Shown: in pieces, positions 46,222 to 57,200 of the stretch
Numbering within the stretch: position 1 is the stretch's first letter
Layout: each line of letters starts with the position of its first letter
Source: an uncultured Clostridia bacterium
GTDB lineage: Bacteria > Bacillota > Clostridia > Christensenellales > Borkfalkiaceae
NCBI GenBank assembly: GCA_934254815.1
Contig: CAKQME010000004.1
Location: 45,984-109,983 of the forward strand
Length of the DNA: 64,000 nt
Reading direction: 5' to 3'
The notes under the pieces: generated by a model
The model's input: the letters and a program-made list of their open reading frames with translations, nothing else
What the model was told of the DNA's origin: nothing
Database searches by the model: none
Program-made: the position numbers and the translations under genes

Positions 46222-48281
46222 AGCTATTGACACCCTGGGGGCTTCTGGGGCTGATAGGCATCGCGATACTTATAATAATATATATAATCAAGCCTAACTA
46301 TCAGCAAAAGTTCATTACAAGCACATATGTGTGGAAACTGAGCCGGAAGTACAAAAAGAAAAAGCTCCCTACAAGCAGATTAAGAGACATACTTATTATA
46401 ATATGTCAGATACTTATCGTTACGATTTGCGCGATGATACTCTCGAAACCGTCGCAGATACTTAAAACGCAGACAGAAGAACCCGAAATAATCGCTATTA
46501 TCGACTCTTCGGCAAGCATGAAAGCTAAAAGCGGCGACGAAACGCGTTTTCAACGCGCGGTAAGCAGAGTGCGCGCTCTCGCCACGGAAACTTTCGCCGC
46601 AAACGGAAAAGTTTCGATAATTGTTGCGGATAACGCGCCGTATTTTCTCACTCAGAACGTAAGCGCGGATAATAAAGCGCAGGTTTTCGATTCCCTCGAT
46701 TCGCTTACCGACGCCAAATGCACTTACGGCAGAGCCGATCTCGACGGAGCGGTTAAGATGTGCGAAAAACTTATAGAGGGCAACCCCGAAACGGCGGTTT
46801 ATCTCTATACTGATACGAATTTCTATAACGTGCCGAGCGGTATTCAGCTTAAACGCAACGAAGTTATAAACAAAACCGAATGGAACGCCTCCATTCTCAA
46901 CGCTTATGCCGAAATAGTCGATAACTACTATAACGTTATCATAGAAGTGGCTTGTTACGGTCGTCCGCTCGACTTAGAGGTGAACGTAAGCGTTGCGGGC
47001 GCGAACGCGACCGACGAAGATTCCGGCGAAGACCTGGTTTTCGACCCCGTAGTCGTTTCGTGTACGGACGATTTGTCAAAACGTATAGTGTTTACTTATA
47101 ACATAAACGAAGCCGACGACGCGGAGGAAGGTACCGGCGTAGGCAGATACGACGGCGCGGAGATAATAGACCTGCGCGGTAAAATCGGGCTGACCGATCC
47201 GTCGACGGGCGACGAAACAGGTATTGTTTCGTTCGATAAAATCACAGTTACCATCAACGAAAACGATTCGCTCGTAGAAGATAACACGTTCGAAATTTAC
47301 GGCGGTAATAAAAACAAACTCAATATGTATTATTACAGCGTCGACTCGGACGGCAAGGGGTCTTTGAGTCCGTTTATAACGGGCGCGCTCACTTATGCGC
47401 AGAATAAATATGCCGATAAATGGGATATTAAATATACTCAGGTAAATACGGGCGATCCCGAAATCATAAGCGGTTACGACTATTATGTTTTCGAAAACAC
47501 TATGCCCGCCAAACTCCCCGAAGACGGTTTCGTATTTCTTGTAAACCCGTCCAAGGCTCCGTCGGGTTGCGGTTTCTCGCTCAACGGCGACGAATATCCG
47601 CTTTCTCAGACGTATCCTACCGATACGGGTTATCCGGAACTCGAATACGGCGACGACGGAGAGGGACATCCCCTTATGAGAAACGTCGACCCCACGAGAA
47701 TAACAATCAGCAAATACAGACGTTTAAGCATTAACGACGACAGCTATAAAGTGCTTATGGCTATAGACGGCTATCCCGCTCTTATATATAAGGAAACGGA
47801 AAACGCGAGAGTGGCGGTGCTTACTTTCTCGCTTAAATTTTCCGATTGGGGAATAGACGGAACGGGTTCTTTCCCGTTGTTTATGAATAACCTGTTTAAG
47901 GCGATATTCCCGTCCGCAACGGATAAATACGTCTATACCGTAGGCGAAGACGTAACGCTTCAGGGTATGGGTTCGTCGCTTTCGGTGACGAGTACCTCTA
48001 CTGCGGAGTACAGCGAATTCCCCGCGAAGATGCGCGTAAATACTCCGGGCAGCTATACGGTGTCGCAGACTTCGGCTTTCGGCAGAGAATTTTCGGACAG
48101 CTTCTTTGTAAAGATAGCTTCTTCCGAACTCAATATCTTCAGCGTACAGGAAAGCCTGGCAGACCCGTACCAGACGAGAAACGAGAACGACTTCTACAGA
48201 GATCTTCTCACATATTTCGCCGCCGCGCTTGTTGCGATACTGTTCATAGAATGGATATTGCAGTTACTGGACAATTTGTAA
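46218..48281 (+). CDS. BatA-like membrane protein: N-terminal double-TM, vWA domain, C-terminal TM
   Basis: The start overlaps the DUF58 stop (ATGA). The N-terminus 'LTPWGLLGLIGIAILIIIYII' is aerotolerance BatA_N type. MIDAS (metal-ion-dependent adhesion site) motif 'IIDSSASM'. C-terminal TM helix. Confidence 0.75.
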   Translation: MKLLTPWGLLGLIGIAILIIIYIIKPNYQQKFITSTYVWKLSRKYKKKKLPTSRLRDILIIICQILIVTICAMILSKPSQILKTQTEEPEIIAIIDSSASMKAKSGDETRFQRAVSRVRALATETFAANGKVSIIVADNAPYFLTQNVSADNKAQVFDSLDSLTDAKCTYGRADLDGAVKMCEKLIEGNPETAVYLYTDTNFYNVPSGIQLKRNEVINKTEWNASILNAYAEIVDNYYNVIIEVACYGRPLDLEVNVSVAGANATDEDSGEDLVFDPVVVSCTDDLSKRIVFTYNINEADDAEEGTGVGRYDGAEIIDLRGKIGLTDPSTGDETGIVSFDKITVTINENDSLVEDNTFEIYGGNKNKLNMYYYSVDSDGKGSLSPFITGALTYAQNKYADKWDIKYTQVNTGDPEIISGYDYYVFENTMPAKLPEDGFVFLVNPSKAPSGCGFSLNGDEYPLSQTYPTDTGYPELEYGDDGEGHPLMRNVDPTRITISKYRRLSINDDSYKVLMAIDGYPALIYKETENARVAVLTFSLKFSDWGIDGTGSFPLFMNNLFKAIFPSATDKYVYTVGEDVTLQGMGSSLSVTSTSTAEYSEFPAKMRVNTPGSYTVSQTSAFGREFSDSFFVKIASSELNIFSVQESLADPYQTRNENDFYRDLLTYFAAALVAILFIEWILQLLDNL

Positions 48282-48297
48282 GGGGAGGAGGAAATTT

Positions 48298-51195
48298 ATG
48301 CGTAGTTTATGGTTAAGTTTTTCCAACCCTTGGTTATTATTGTTGATAATACCCGCGATAGCGTTGGTGTTGCTGCCTCATTTCAGGCTTTCTAAAAAAT
48401 ACAGAAGAAACAGAAATCGTATCACGACGATAGTTCTTCAACTCATAGTTATGATTTTGTCCGTAACGGTGCTTTCGGGAATGACGGTTCATTCCGAGCA
48501 TAACAACACGGGCAATCAGGTTTTATTGCTCGTCGATATGTCGGACACCGAAGAACAGTCGGCTGAAAACAGAGACAGCTTTGTAAGAGCCGTTCTCGAC
48601 GCGGGCAAAAACGATAAATTCAACGTAGGCATAGTTACTTTCGGGTTCGATCAGCGTTACGTCGCGGAATTTTCCACCGACGCGGACAAGGTTTTCGAAG
48701 AATATATGAGAGCCGATAAACCCGATACGAGCGCGACGGATATCGCCGCGGCGCTGTCTTACGCAAAAGATTTGTTTACCGGCGACGGCACAAGTAAAAT
48801 CGTGCTTATTACCGACGGTAAAGAGACCGACGAAAACGCGCTTACGGTAATAAAAGCCGTAACGGCGAAGAACATAACGGTCGACACCGTCAACATTCCG
48901 TCATCTTTCGACGGCGACGACGTGAGAATAACGGGCATAACTTTACCCGATTATCACGTCAAGGCGGGCGACGAGTGTACGATAGACGTTCTTTTATCGT
49001 CCACCGCGCAAGCGTCTGTTTCCGTTACGCTTTACGATAACGGAAGCGAAATCGAAACGAAAGACGTAAACCTTTCGGCGGGCGCGAGAAACGTGAATTT
49101 CACTTACGCGTTCGAGGGCGAAGCGGAACTTCGCAAAATAGAAGCGAAGATAAGCGGTTCCGACGCGGTTGAACAAAATAATAGCTATACCACTTATTTC
49201 CTGCTCGAAAAATTCGATAAAGTACTTATTATCGAGCATGCCGAGGGCGAATCGGTCGAACTTGCGGAGCTTCTGACTTCGCAGGGGTATAAGCCGACGA
49301 TAGCCAACGTCCACGCGACGGGCGAAGCCAAAAATATGCCTCAGACCGTCGACGAATTGAGACAGTACGATCAGGTGGTGCTTAACAACATAGCGAACGA
49401 AGACCTTTTAAGCTCCGAAATGCCCGAGAAATTCGACGAAATGCTGTATTCCTACGTTTTCGACTACGGCGGCGGCTTGTTTACTACGGGCGGTACGGAA
49501 GACGGAACGGTCGGAGAAGATTCTACGGCGCACGCTTATAACAGATTGGACTTAAGCGGAACGTTGTTGCAATCGATGTTGCCCGTTCAGGCGATTGACT
49601 ATACTCCGCCTATCGCGGTAGTCGTTTTAATCGACCGTTCGGGTTCGATGAGCGGTATTTCCGCAGCCGGGCAGAATGCTTACTGGCACGCGATAAACGG
49701 CGCGGGCGAATGTCTTAACGCGCTTACCGAAAGAGACTATTTCGGTATTATCACTTTCAGCGACAGTCCGCAGAGAGTTCTCGATCTTACGCCCGTAACG
49801 CAGAAGAGCGTTATTTACGATACTTTGCAGAATAAAATGCCCGAACTCGGCGGCGGCACGGCATTCACGGGCGCTGTAAGAGACGCGGTTCAGATGCTCA
49901 TAGCCAACAGAAAGGTAAGCAGACGCCATATTATAATGGTTACGGACGGACAGATACTGGCAGACGAAGTAACCGCTTGCGAGGAAACTCTCGAAGGTTA
50001 TTATAATTCCGATAAAATCACGTTTTCGGCTTTGTGTATCGGTTCCGAAGCTTCCGACTCCAACAACGTCAAATTGCTTCAGAGGCTTGTCGACGCGGCG
50101 GGCGGACAGCAGAGCGGTATCCCCGGAGGAAGAAGAGTTCGTACTTACGATTCGAGCAATCTTACAAAACTCTACGGCGAAATGCGTGAAGAGTTAAACG
50201 TTAAACAGCTTAAAGAAGTAAACGCTGAGCCGTTCTATATCACTGTAGACAAAGCGACTTCGCCTATTCTTGCGGGGTTGCCTTACAGAGAAGAAGAAGT
50301 TAAAGACGAAAACGGAAATATCGTAAAGAGAAAGACTTATCAGTTAGATACTCCCGAACTCGGCGGTTTCTACGGCGTAAGGGTCAGATCCAACGATTAT
50401 CTGATACTGAAAGGCGATTACGAAGTGCCGCTGTACGCGCAGTGGAAATTCGGTAAAGGCACGGTCGGCAGCTTTATGACGGACTTGCAGTCGAGCGAAT
50501 GGTCGAGCGACTTTATGTCGTCGGATATCGGGCGGGAGCTGATAGGCAATATAATCGGCAACCTTATGCCGACGGAAAATATCCGACCCAACGAAATGCG
50601 CGTGGAGCTTTCCGAAGATAACTATATCAACCGCGTAAGCGTTTTCGCAACGCTTAAAGACGGCGAAAGGGTCGAGGGAAAAATCACGGACGTAAGTACG
50701 GAAAATACCGAAGAAATTTCGATGAACGCCGTAACGGAGGGCGGAAATCGTAACTTTTACGTCACTTCTCCGCTTGCCGAAGCGAATAACTTCGGAAGAT
50801 GTACTTTCGTGGTCAAAAAAGCGGGCGTGTACTCGATAACGCTCGTCAAAAAGGATAAAGACGGCAACGAACTCGCAACTTATACGATATATAAAGCTTT
50901 TTCGTATTCGAAAGAGTACGATCTCGCGTTACAGGCTGCCGATATCGATTACGAGGAGAATTTCTTTAAACCCGTAGCCGAAAACGGCGGCGGAGCGTAT
51001 CTCGCGGATATGAACGAAGCGCATTACGCCGTGTTCGATAATTTTGACAAGACGATAGAAAAGGTGTTCGACCCGAGATACTTGTTTATGATCATAGCGA
51101 TTATCCTGTTCGTAACGGAAATCGCCGTAAGGAAATTCAAGTTCAAGTGGCTTCACGAAATTATCCGCGAAGCTCGCGACAAGAAACAGTCTTGA
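48298..51195 (+). CDS. Membrane protein with two vWA domains flanking a GATase1-like (DUF1355-type) domain
   Basis: BatA_N-like 'FSNPWLLLLIIPAIALVLL'. First vWA 'LLLVDMSDT'. 'VLIIEH...YDQVVLNNI...GGGLFTTGG'. Second vWA 'VVLIDRSGSMSG'. C-terminal TM helix. RBS GGGGAGGAGG. Confidence 0.75.
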   Translation: MRSLWLSFSNPWLLLLIIPAIALVLLPHFRLSKKYRRNRNRITTIVLQLIVMILSVTVLSGMTVHSEHNNTGNQVLLLVDMSDTEEQSAENRDSFVRAVLDAGKNDKFNVGIVTFGFDQRYVAEFSTDADKVFEEYMRADKPDTSATDIAAALSYAKDLFTGDGTSKIVLITDGKETDENALTVIKAVTAKNITVDTVNIPSSFDGDDVRITGITLPDYHVKAGDECTIDVLLSSTAQASVSVTLYDNGSEIETKDVNLSAGARNVNFTYAFEGEAELRKIEAKISGSDAVEQNNSYTTYFLLEKFDKVLIIEHAEGESVELAELLTSQGYKPTIANVHATGEAKNMPQTVDELRQYDQVVLNNIANEDLLSSEMPEKFDEMLYSYVFDYGGGLFTTGGTEDGTVGEDSTAHAYNRLDLSGTLLQSMLPVQAIDYTPPIAVVVLIDRSGSMSGISAAGQNAYWHAINGAGECLNALTERDYFGIITFSDSPQRVLDLTPVTQKSVIYDTLQNKMPELGGGTAFTGAVRDAVQMLIANRKVSRRHIIMVTDGQILADEVTACEETLEGYYNSDKITFSALCIGSEASDSNNVKLLQRLVDAAGGQQSGIPGGRRVRTYDSSNLTKLYGEMREELNVKQLKEVNAEPFYITVDKATSPILAGLPYREEEVKDENGNIVKRKTYQLDTPELGGFYGVRVRSNDYLILKGDYEVPLYAQWKFGKGTVGSFMTDLQSSEWSSDFMSSDIGRELIGNIIGNLMPTENIRPNEMRVELSEDNYINRVSVFATLKDGERVEGKITDVSTENTEEISMNAVTEGGNRNFYVTSPLAEANNFGRCTFVVKKAGVYSITLVKKDKDGNELATYTIYKAFSYSKEYDLALQAADIDYEENFFKPVAENGGGAYLADMNEAHYAVFDNFDKTIEKVFDPRYLFMIIAIILFVTEIAVRKFKFKWLHEIIREARDKKQS

Positions 51196-51252
51196 TCGGG
51201 TTTACCGCGCGGGTAGCGTTAAAACGCATACCCGCATAATCGGAGGACTTTA

Positions 51253-54171
51253 ATGAAAAAAATCAAAAATATAATAATAGCGTTGTCTGCGGCGGTGTTT
51301 TGCCTTATGATGGCGGCGTCCTGCGGAAAGACGAAATTGTCTGCCCCGCAGGAGCTGACTATGGATTTAAACTACGTCCTCACATGGAAAACCGTAGCCG
51401 ACGCGCGAAGATACGAGATAAACGCCGTAAAAGAAGACGGAACGTCGTATCCCGCGACGGTGAACACTCCGACGTACGATATGTCAAAGCTCACCGACGG
51501 CAATTACGAAGTTACGGTAAGGGCAATCCCCGGCGACAGCGTGCACGACGTTTCCGAATGGTCCGACGTTTTCACTTTTACGAGAGATAAAGAGACGGGT
51601 TGCACTTATAAGCTTATAAACAACAATACGGCTTACGAGATCTCGCGTTGCCCCACTTCGATAACGGGCGATATGGTTATCGAAGAAATTTACAGGGGAA
51701 AACCCGTAATAAGAATAGCGCAGAACGCATTCAAGGGTTCTAAGATAGAAAATCTCGTGATAGGCAAAAATATCACTTATATAGGCGACGGCGCGTTTTA
51801 TAACAGCACAAGGCTTAAAAGCGTGGTAATACCCGACAGCGTAAATTTCATAGGCGAAAAGGTATTTCAGAACTGCCGTTCGCTCGAAACGATAAATATC
51901 CCCGAAACCATAAGCGAAATAAAAACGAATACGTTTATCAACTGTTCGTCGCTTGCGGCGATAACCATTCCCGACAGCGTGACGGCGATAGGCGACGGCG
52001 CGTTCAGGGGCTGTAAGGCGTTAAAAACTATAGTAATACCCGACAGCGTAAGAGAAATAGGCGGTTATGCTTTCGCGGATACGGTTGCGCTTACGAGCGC
52101 GACGATAGGCAAGGGCGTTAAAGTTCTCGGAGAATACGCTTTTTACAGAGCGACAGAACTTTCCGAAGTTAAGTTTGCCGCCGACGGCGACCTTACCGAA
52201 ATAGCGCGCGGCGTTTTTGCCGACGACGTGAAACTTGCCGAAATAGTTATTCCGGAGGGGGTTGAAACCATAGGCGACGGCTGCTTCTTCGGTGATAAAC
52301 TTCTCTCAAGCGTAACGCTTCCCGAAAGTTTGAAATCGATAGGCGTTACAGCATTCAACGCCAGCAAATATTATACGGATATCGTCGACGACAACGGCAA
52401 GGCGAGAGATAAAAACAAACCTTTTGTTTACGTCGGTAAATGGATAGTCGCCGCTTCGCCCGATATCGTCACCACGTTGACCGATATCAACGGCAATACG
52501 ATTAAACTTAAAGACGAAAGCGATACGATAACGCTTGTCGGCAACGATAACGTCGTCGGCATTGCGGACGGAACTTTTTCGAATTTCAGCGAGCTTGTTA
52601 ATGTTACTTTCCCCGATTCGCTCAGATACGTCGGAAACAGCGCGTTTTCGAATTGTCAAAAACTCTATAAGGTTATCGCGACAAAGATAAAAACCATAGG
52701 CGATTACGCTTTCGACGGTTGTAAAATCCTCGCTAACGTAAGATTTATAGCCACTGCTATAGGCGGAACGCAGACGAGTAATCTCGAAACTATCGGTTCT
52801 TACGCTTTCAGAAATTGTTCGGAACTTAGAAACAATACGCAGACTAACCTATTTGTACCAGATACTGTAAAAAAGATAGGTACGCGGGCGTTCTATAATT
52901 CCGGTCTTTGGACCGATACGGCTACGCATCAGCAAGGGCTTATATACGCAGGTAACTGGATAGTCGGTTATAGTTCGCTTCCAAGCGGAACGATAGTAAT
53001 AGACGAGGGCAGAAACAACCCCACCGTCGGCATAGCCGATTACGCGTTTTATCAATGCGCCGACTTGCAGGAACTCGTAAATTTAAACAGTTTAGACATC
53101 CGTTCTATCGGCAGAGGCGCGTTTTATGAATGTACCTCGCTTGTGAGCGCGAGACTTGGTAACAACATAAACGAAATTCAACCATATACGTTCTACGGCT
53201 GCGTTAATTTGACGAGAATAGAATTATCGAGAAATTTAACTACGATAGGCGAGCGCGCGTTTTACGGCTGTTCTTACGTCAGAGACCTCGATTTCAGCAG
53301 GGCGACGAAACTTGAATCGATAGGCGACCGCGCATTTTACGCCTGCAGAAGTCTGCGCAACTTAAATTTGGGTAATTCCGTAAAAATAATCGGAGATTAC
53401 GCATTCTATAATATGAACGATGACGGAGCGAGCAATACTTCGCTTAAAACGCTCGTTATACCCGATAGCGTAACGACTGTCGGAGCGAACGCTTTCGCCA
53501 ACTTAAAGGCTTTGGAAGACCTTACAATCGGCAGCGGCGTTACGTCTATAGGCGATTACGCATTCAAGAACTGCACCAAGCTTCAAACGTTGGTTATACC
53601 CGATAACGTGGTAAAACTCGGCAAGAGCGCGTTTTATAAATGTTTCGGCGTGACTACGCTCGAACTCGGTAACGGGCTTACCGATATAGGCGATTACGCG
53701 TTTTACGGAATGGATAAAATCGAATATATCGTTATACCCGAAAGCGTAGAAAATATAGGTAAATTCGCGTTCAAGGGCTGGTCGGCAATCACTTCGATAA
53801 TACTCGATAAGAATATCGAAACGATCGGCGCGCACGCGTTTTACGGCGAAAAAGCCGCCACGTTCTATTCCGACGCGGAGGGCATTATGCCGAAATGGGA
53901 ACAAACGTGGAACAGTTCGTACTCGGCGGTGATATGGAACTGCACTCTGTCGGAGGATAAGAGTTACGTCGTATCGGTCGAGATAAAAGAAAACGGAATA
54001 TCCAACCGCAAAACTAAAAACGGCATATCCGCGCCGCTTCGTAAAGGCTACGAGTTTGTCGGCTGGTCCGTAAGCGCGGGTTCCGAAGAAATAGCGTTTG
54101 CCGCCGACGAAATAGTAAACGCCGAAAACGGAGTTACGTTATACGCCGTATGGCGCGCCGTCGAAGCTTAA
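51253..54171 (+). CDS. BspA-type LRR surface lipoprotein (972 aa)
   Basis: Lipobox 'MMAASCGK', one Fn3-like module ('TWKTVADARRYEINAV'), LRR_5 repeats ('IPDSV..IG..AF..C..L') and a C-terminal Listeria-Bacteroides repeat ('GYEFVGWSV'). Confidence 0.9.
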   Translation: MKKIKNIIIALSAAVFCLMMAASCGKTKLSAPQELTMDLNYVLTWKTVADARRYEINAVKEDGTSYPATVNTPTYDMSKLTDGNYEVTVRAIPGDSVHDVSEWSDVFTFTRDKETGCTYKLINNNTAYEISRCPTSITGDMVIEEIYRGKPVIRIAQNAFKGSKIENLVIGKNITYIGDGAFYNSTRLKSVVIPDSVNFIGEKVFQNCRSLETINIPETISEIKTNTFINCSSLAAITIPDSVTAIGDGAFRGCKALKTIVIPDSVREIGGYAFADTVALTSATIGKGVKVLGEYAFYRATELSEVKFAADGDLTEIARGVFADDVKLAEIVIPEGVETIGDGCFFGDKLLSSVTLPESLKSIGVTAFNASKYYTDIVDDNGKARDKNKPFVYVGKWIVAASPDIVTTLTDINGNTIKLKDESDTITLVGNDNVVGIADGTFSNFSELVNVTFPDSLRYVGNSAFSNCQKLYKVIATKIKTIGDYAFDGCKILANVRFIATAIGGTQTSNLETIGSYAFRNCSELRNNTQTNLFVPDTVKKIGTRAFYNSGLWTDTATHQQGLIYAGNWIVGYSSLPSGTIVIDEGRNNPTVGIADYAFYQCADLQELVNLNSLDIRSIGRGAFYECTSLVSARLGNNINEIQPYTFYGCVNLTRIELSRNLTTIGERAFYGCSYVRDLDFSRATKLESIGDRAFYACRSLRNLNLGNSVKIIGDYAFYNMNDDGASNTSLKTLVIPDSVTTVGANAFANLKALEDLTIGSGVTSIGDYAFKNCTKLQTLVIPDNVVKLGKSAFYKCFGVTTLELGNGLTDIGDYAFYGMDKIEYIVIPESVENIGKFAFKGWSAITSIILDKNIETIGAHAFYGEKAATFYSDAEGIMPKWEQTWNSSYSAVIWNCTLSEDKSYVVSVEIKENGISNRKTKNGISAPLRKGYEFVGWSVSAGSEEIAFAADEIVNAENGVTLYAVWRAVEA

Positions 54172-54239
54172 TCGAATTTAAGTCGCGGCGACGTAATAAA
54201 CTGTTATAAATTTTTCTCTATAAAGGAGAGTTAAAACAT

Positions 54240-57200
54240 ATGAACAAAATCAAGAAACTATTTATCGCTCTTTTGACGGTTCTGACGGTCGCGCTCGGCG
54301 CGTTGGCTGTCGGCTGTAAAAAAGACGAAAAGTTTACGCTCTCGTTCGAGACTAACGGAGGAACGGCGATAGCAAGCGTTCAGCTCGATAAGGGAGCGGA
54401 ATACGAACTTCCCACCGCCGAAAGAACGGGATATGAGTTCGAGGGTTGGTATTTAAACGCCGAATGTACGGGTGAAAAAACCACTAAAATCACCGTAAAC
54501 GAAAACGTCACGGTTTACGCAAAATGGGGTAAACTCTTTACGCTTACGTTCGATCTGAACGGCGGCAGTATGGATAAAACCTCGGTTTACGTCAAAGCGG
54601 GCGAACTCGTAACTACGGCGGTAAGCGGTTTAACTCCGACGAAAGCCGATCATCAGTTCGGAGTATGGCAGATAGACGGTAAAGATCTTACCTCTTCTTA
54701 CGTCATGCCCGAAAAGGATATTACGCTTACGGCAAAATATAAAACGAAATACACCGTAACTCTCTGGAAAGAGGATATGAAAGGCGATTTCGTCAAAGAA
54801 GAACAGGAAGTCGTCGATTACGCTTACGCGGGTACGGTTCCGTCGAAAGACTTCGGCGGTACGGGCTTCGAACTTGACGCGAACAGAGATGGCAGCAAAC
54901 CCTTGGCTAAAATAAGCGAAACCGTAAGCGAAAATACTTTCGTATTGTATTATAAACGTTCGAACTTCATCGTAAGATTCGATACGAACTATCCCGAAAC
55001 CGCGAATAAAGAAGACGACGTTATCGAAAAGACCGTAAAATACGGTCAGGAAATCGACGTTCCGTACAATTATACCGCTAAGGGATATTATCTCGCGGGT
55101 TGGGCTAAATCGAGCCTTGCGACCGAGGTCGAATACGAAGCAGATTATATATCTTCGGTTCTCTATAACGGCAGCGCCGAAGATAAAGGACAAAATTCAA
55201 AGATTGCCCCGTTCGAAAACGCCACGCTTTACGGCGTATGGGTAAAGGGTAATGAAGATATGTTCGGCGGCGACGACTATTTGTTCATATCCGCCACCGA
55301 AGAGAACACCGTGTATCTTTCCCGCGGGGGAAAAATCTTCAAGGGATATTATACAGCCGCCGATTCCACTTTCGGTTTTGCCGACAGCACAGGCACCGAA
55401 TTTCTTGAGGGGAAAATTTTTAAAGACGGAACTTTCGCTTACGGAGATAAGTTAAGATCGAGAACATATGTCAACTACGTCAACGGCGTAGGACAAAACA
55501 GTCAGATAACGCTTACCGTCGATGATTATAACGGGGTTACCTATTACGATAAATCTAAGGACAGCGAGTCGACGGGAACTTACGTTTTCGACGCGCAGGG
55601 TTATTGCGTGGCGACTTTCACCGACGGAGAACTTGCCGGCACGGAAATGCATATAAGGCTTTCTTCCGTTACCATTTCGGGATCCTCAAAAAGCGTGTTC
55701 ATCGTCAGAAACGATTCCGAACTCGCATACGGCACGCTCTATCGCGGCGTGTATTCCGGCGGAAATATGACGTCTTATCCCGACGGATATTACAGCATAA
55801 AGCTCGACGGTTTCGGAACGGCGACGTTCTATCAGAATCCGCTTATGTTCGGAAACTACGCATATGTTTTCGATCTGGAAAAAATGATACTGACGCTTTA
55901 TACGTCCAACTCGATAGCGGGCAGATTCCGTATATATAAAGATGCGATAAAGGGCGATCAGGGTCAATACGATTACGTTTTCTATAATCCGGTGTACGAC
56001 ACGACGTTTGAAAGCGCGGATAAAACCGCAAAACTTACGCTTGACGGTTCGTTCAACGCGGTTTACGAAAAAGGAAACGAGAAAATAGAGGGTTTGTACC
56101 TTGCGAGCGATTCGCTGTTCAGCGGCGGAAAGATAATATCGCTTATTCAGAACGGAAAAACGGTCAAGAGCTTGCTTATAACGAGCAAAACCGAAACCAT
56201 ATTCGAAAACGGCGAAGAAACGACAAAGACGACCTACAGTTTCGAAGAAAAAGCGCAGGGTTACGCCGAATATTACTTCCGCGGAATCGACAGCACCTAT
56301 TACGCGCCGCTTATCGCAATAAACGATACCGCTCCGGGGCATATGACCGTTTACGGTTATACGACTTCGGGAACATACGAGAAAATATCCGAGGGTACGT
56401 TTACCGAAACCGACGGTGTATATCATTACAGCGTAGAAGCTTTCAATACAAGTTCGATATCTAAAAACGAACAAGCCGAAACGGGAGTATACCTTTACTA
56501 TCATATAGTAGACGGCGAAGAAGTCGTCTGGATGAAAGTCGTAGAAGATATTGCTAAAATCGAAGAAATCGAATTCGGTTTAGGCAAGTCGGTTATAAGC
56601 GGCGAAGTCTACGAAGCGACTTACTGGTATAGCGCTAAGAAGACGGGCGACGAAAAAGTTTCGTACGTTACGGAGTTCGCAGCCGAAAACGGCAGCGCGA
56701 GCCTGACGAGAATCGGCGGAATGATACGTTACAGCGAAGAGGGTAAAACCATTCTCGGAACGTATGAAACGTCTGCCGACGGAATAACCGCGATAACCGC
56801 TTACGACGAAAGCAACGGCTCAACCGAATCGGTATATGTTAAATTAAACGAAGAGACCAAGAAGTTCACTAAACTCGAATACGCGCCGTACACGATGTAC
56901 GCTATCGTAAAAGGCAATACCGACAGAAACGAAACGCTTAAACTGAACGGCGACGGCACTGCGGAATATACCGTAGACGGAGTTAAATACGAAGGAACCG
57001 TAACGGATACGGGCAAAAAGACCGAAAGCGGCGCGGAGATAATGAAGTTCGAATCTACCGAAAAGACGTTCGAATATCTCCACCTTTACGGCAGCAGCGA
57101 AGAATATTTCGCTAAAGAGGATAAGACGTTCAAAACCGAATACGAAGTCGACGGTATAGGAACCATAACGCTTGACGGCTTCCTGTTCAACGGCAAGTTC

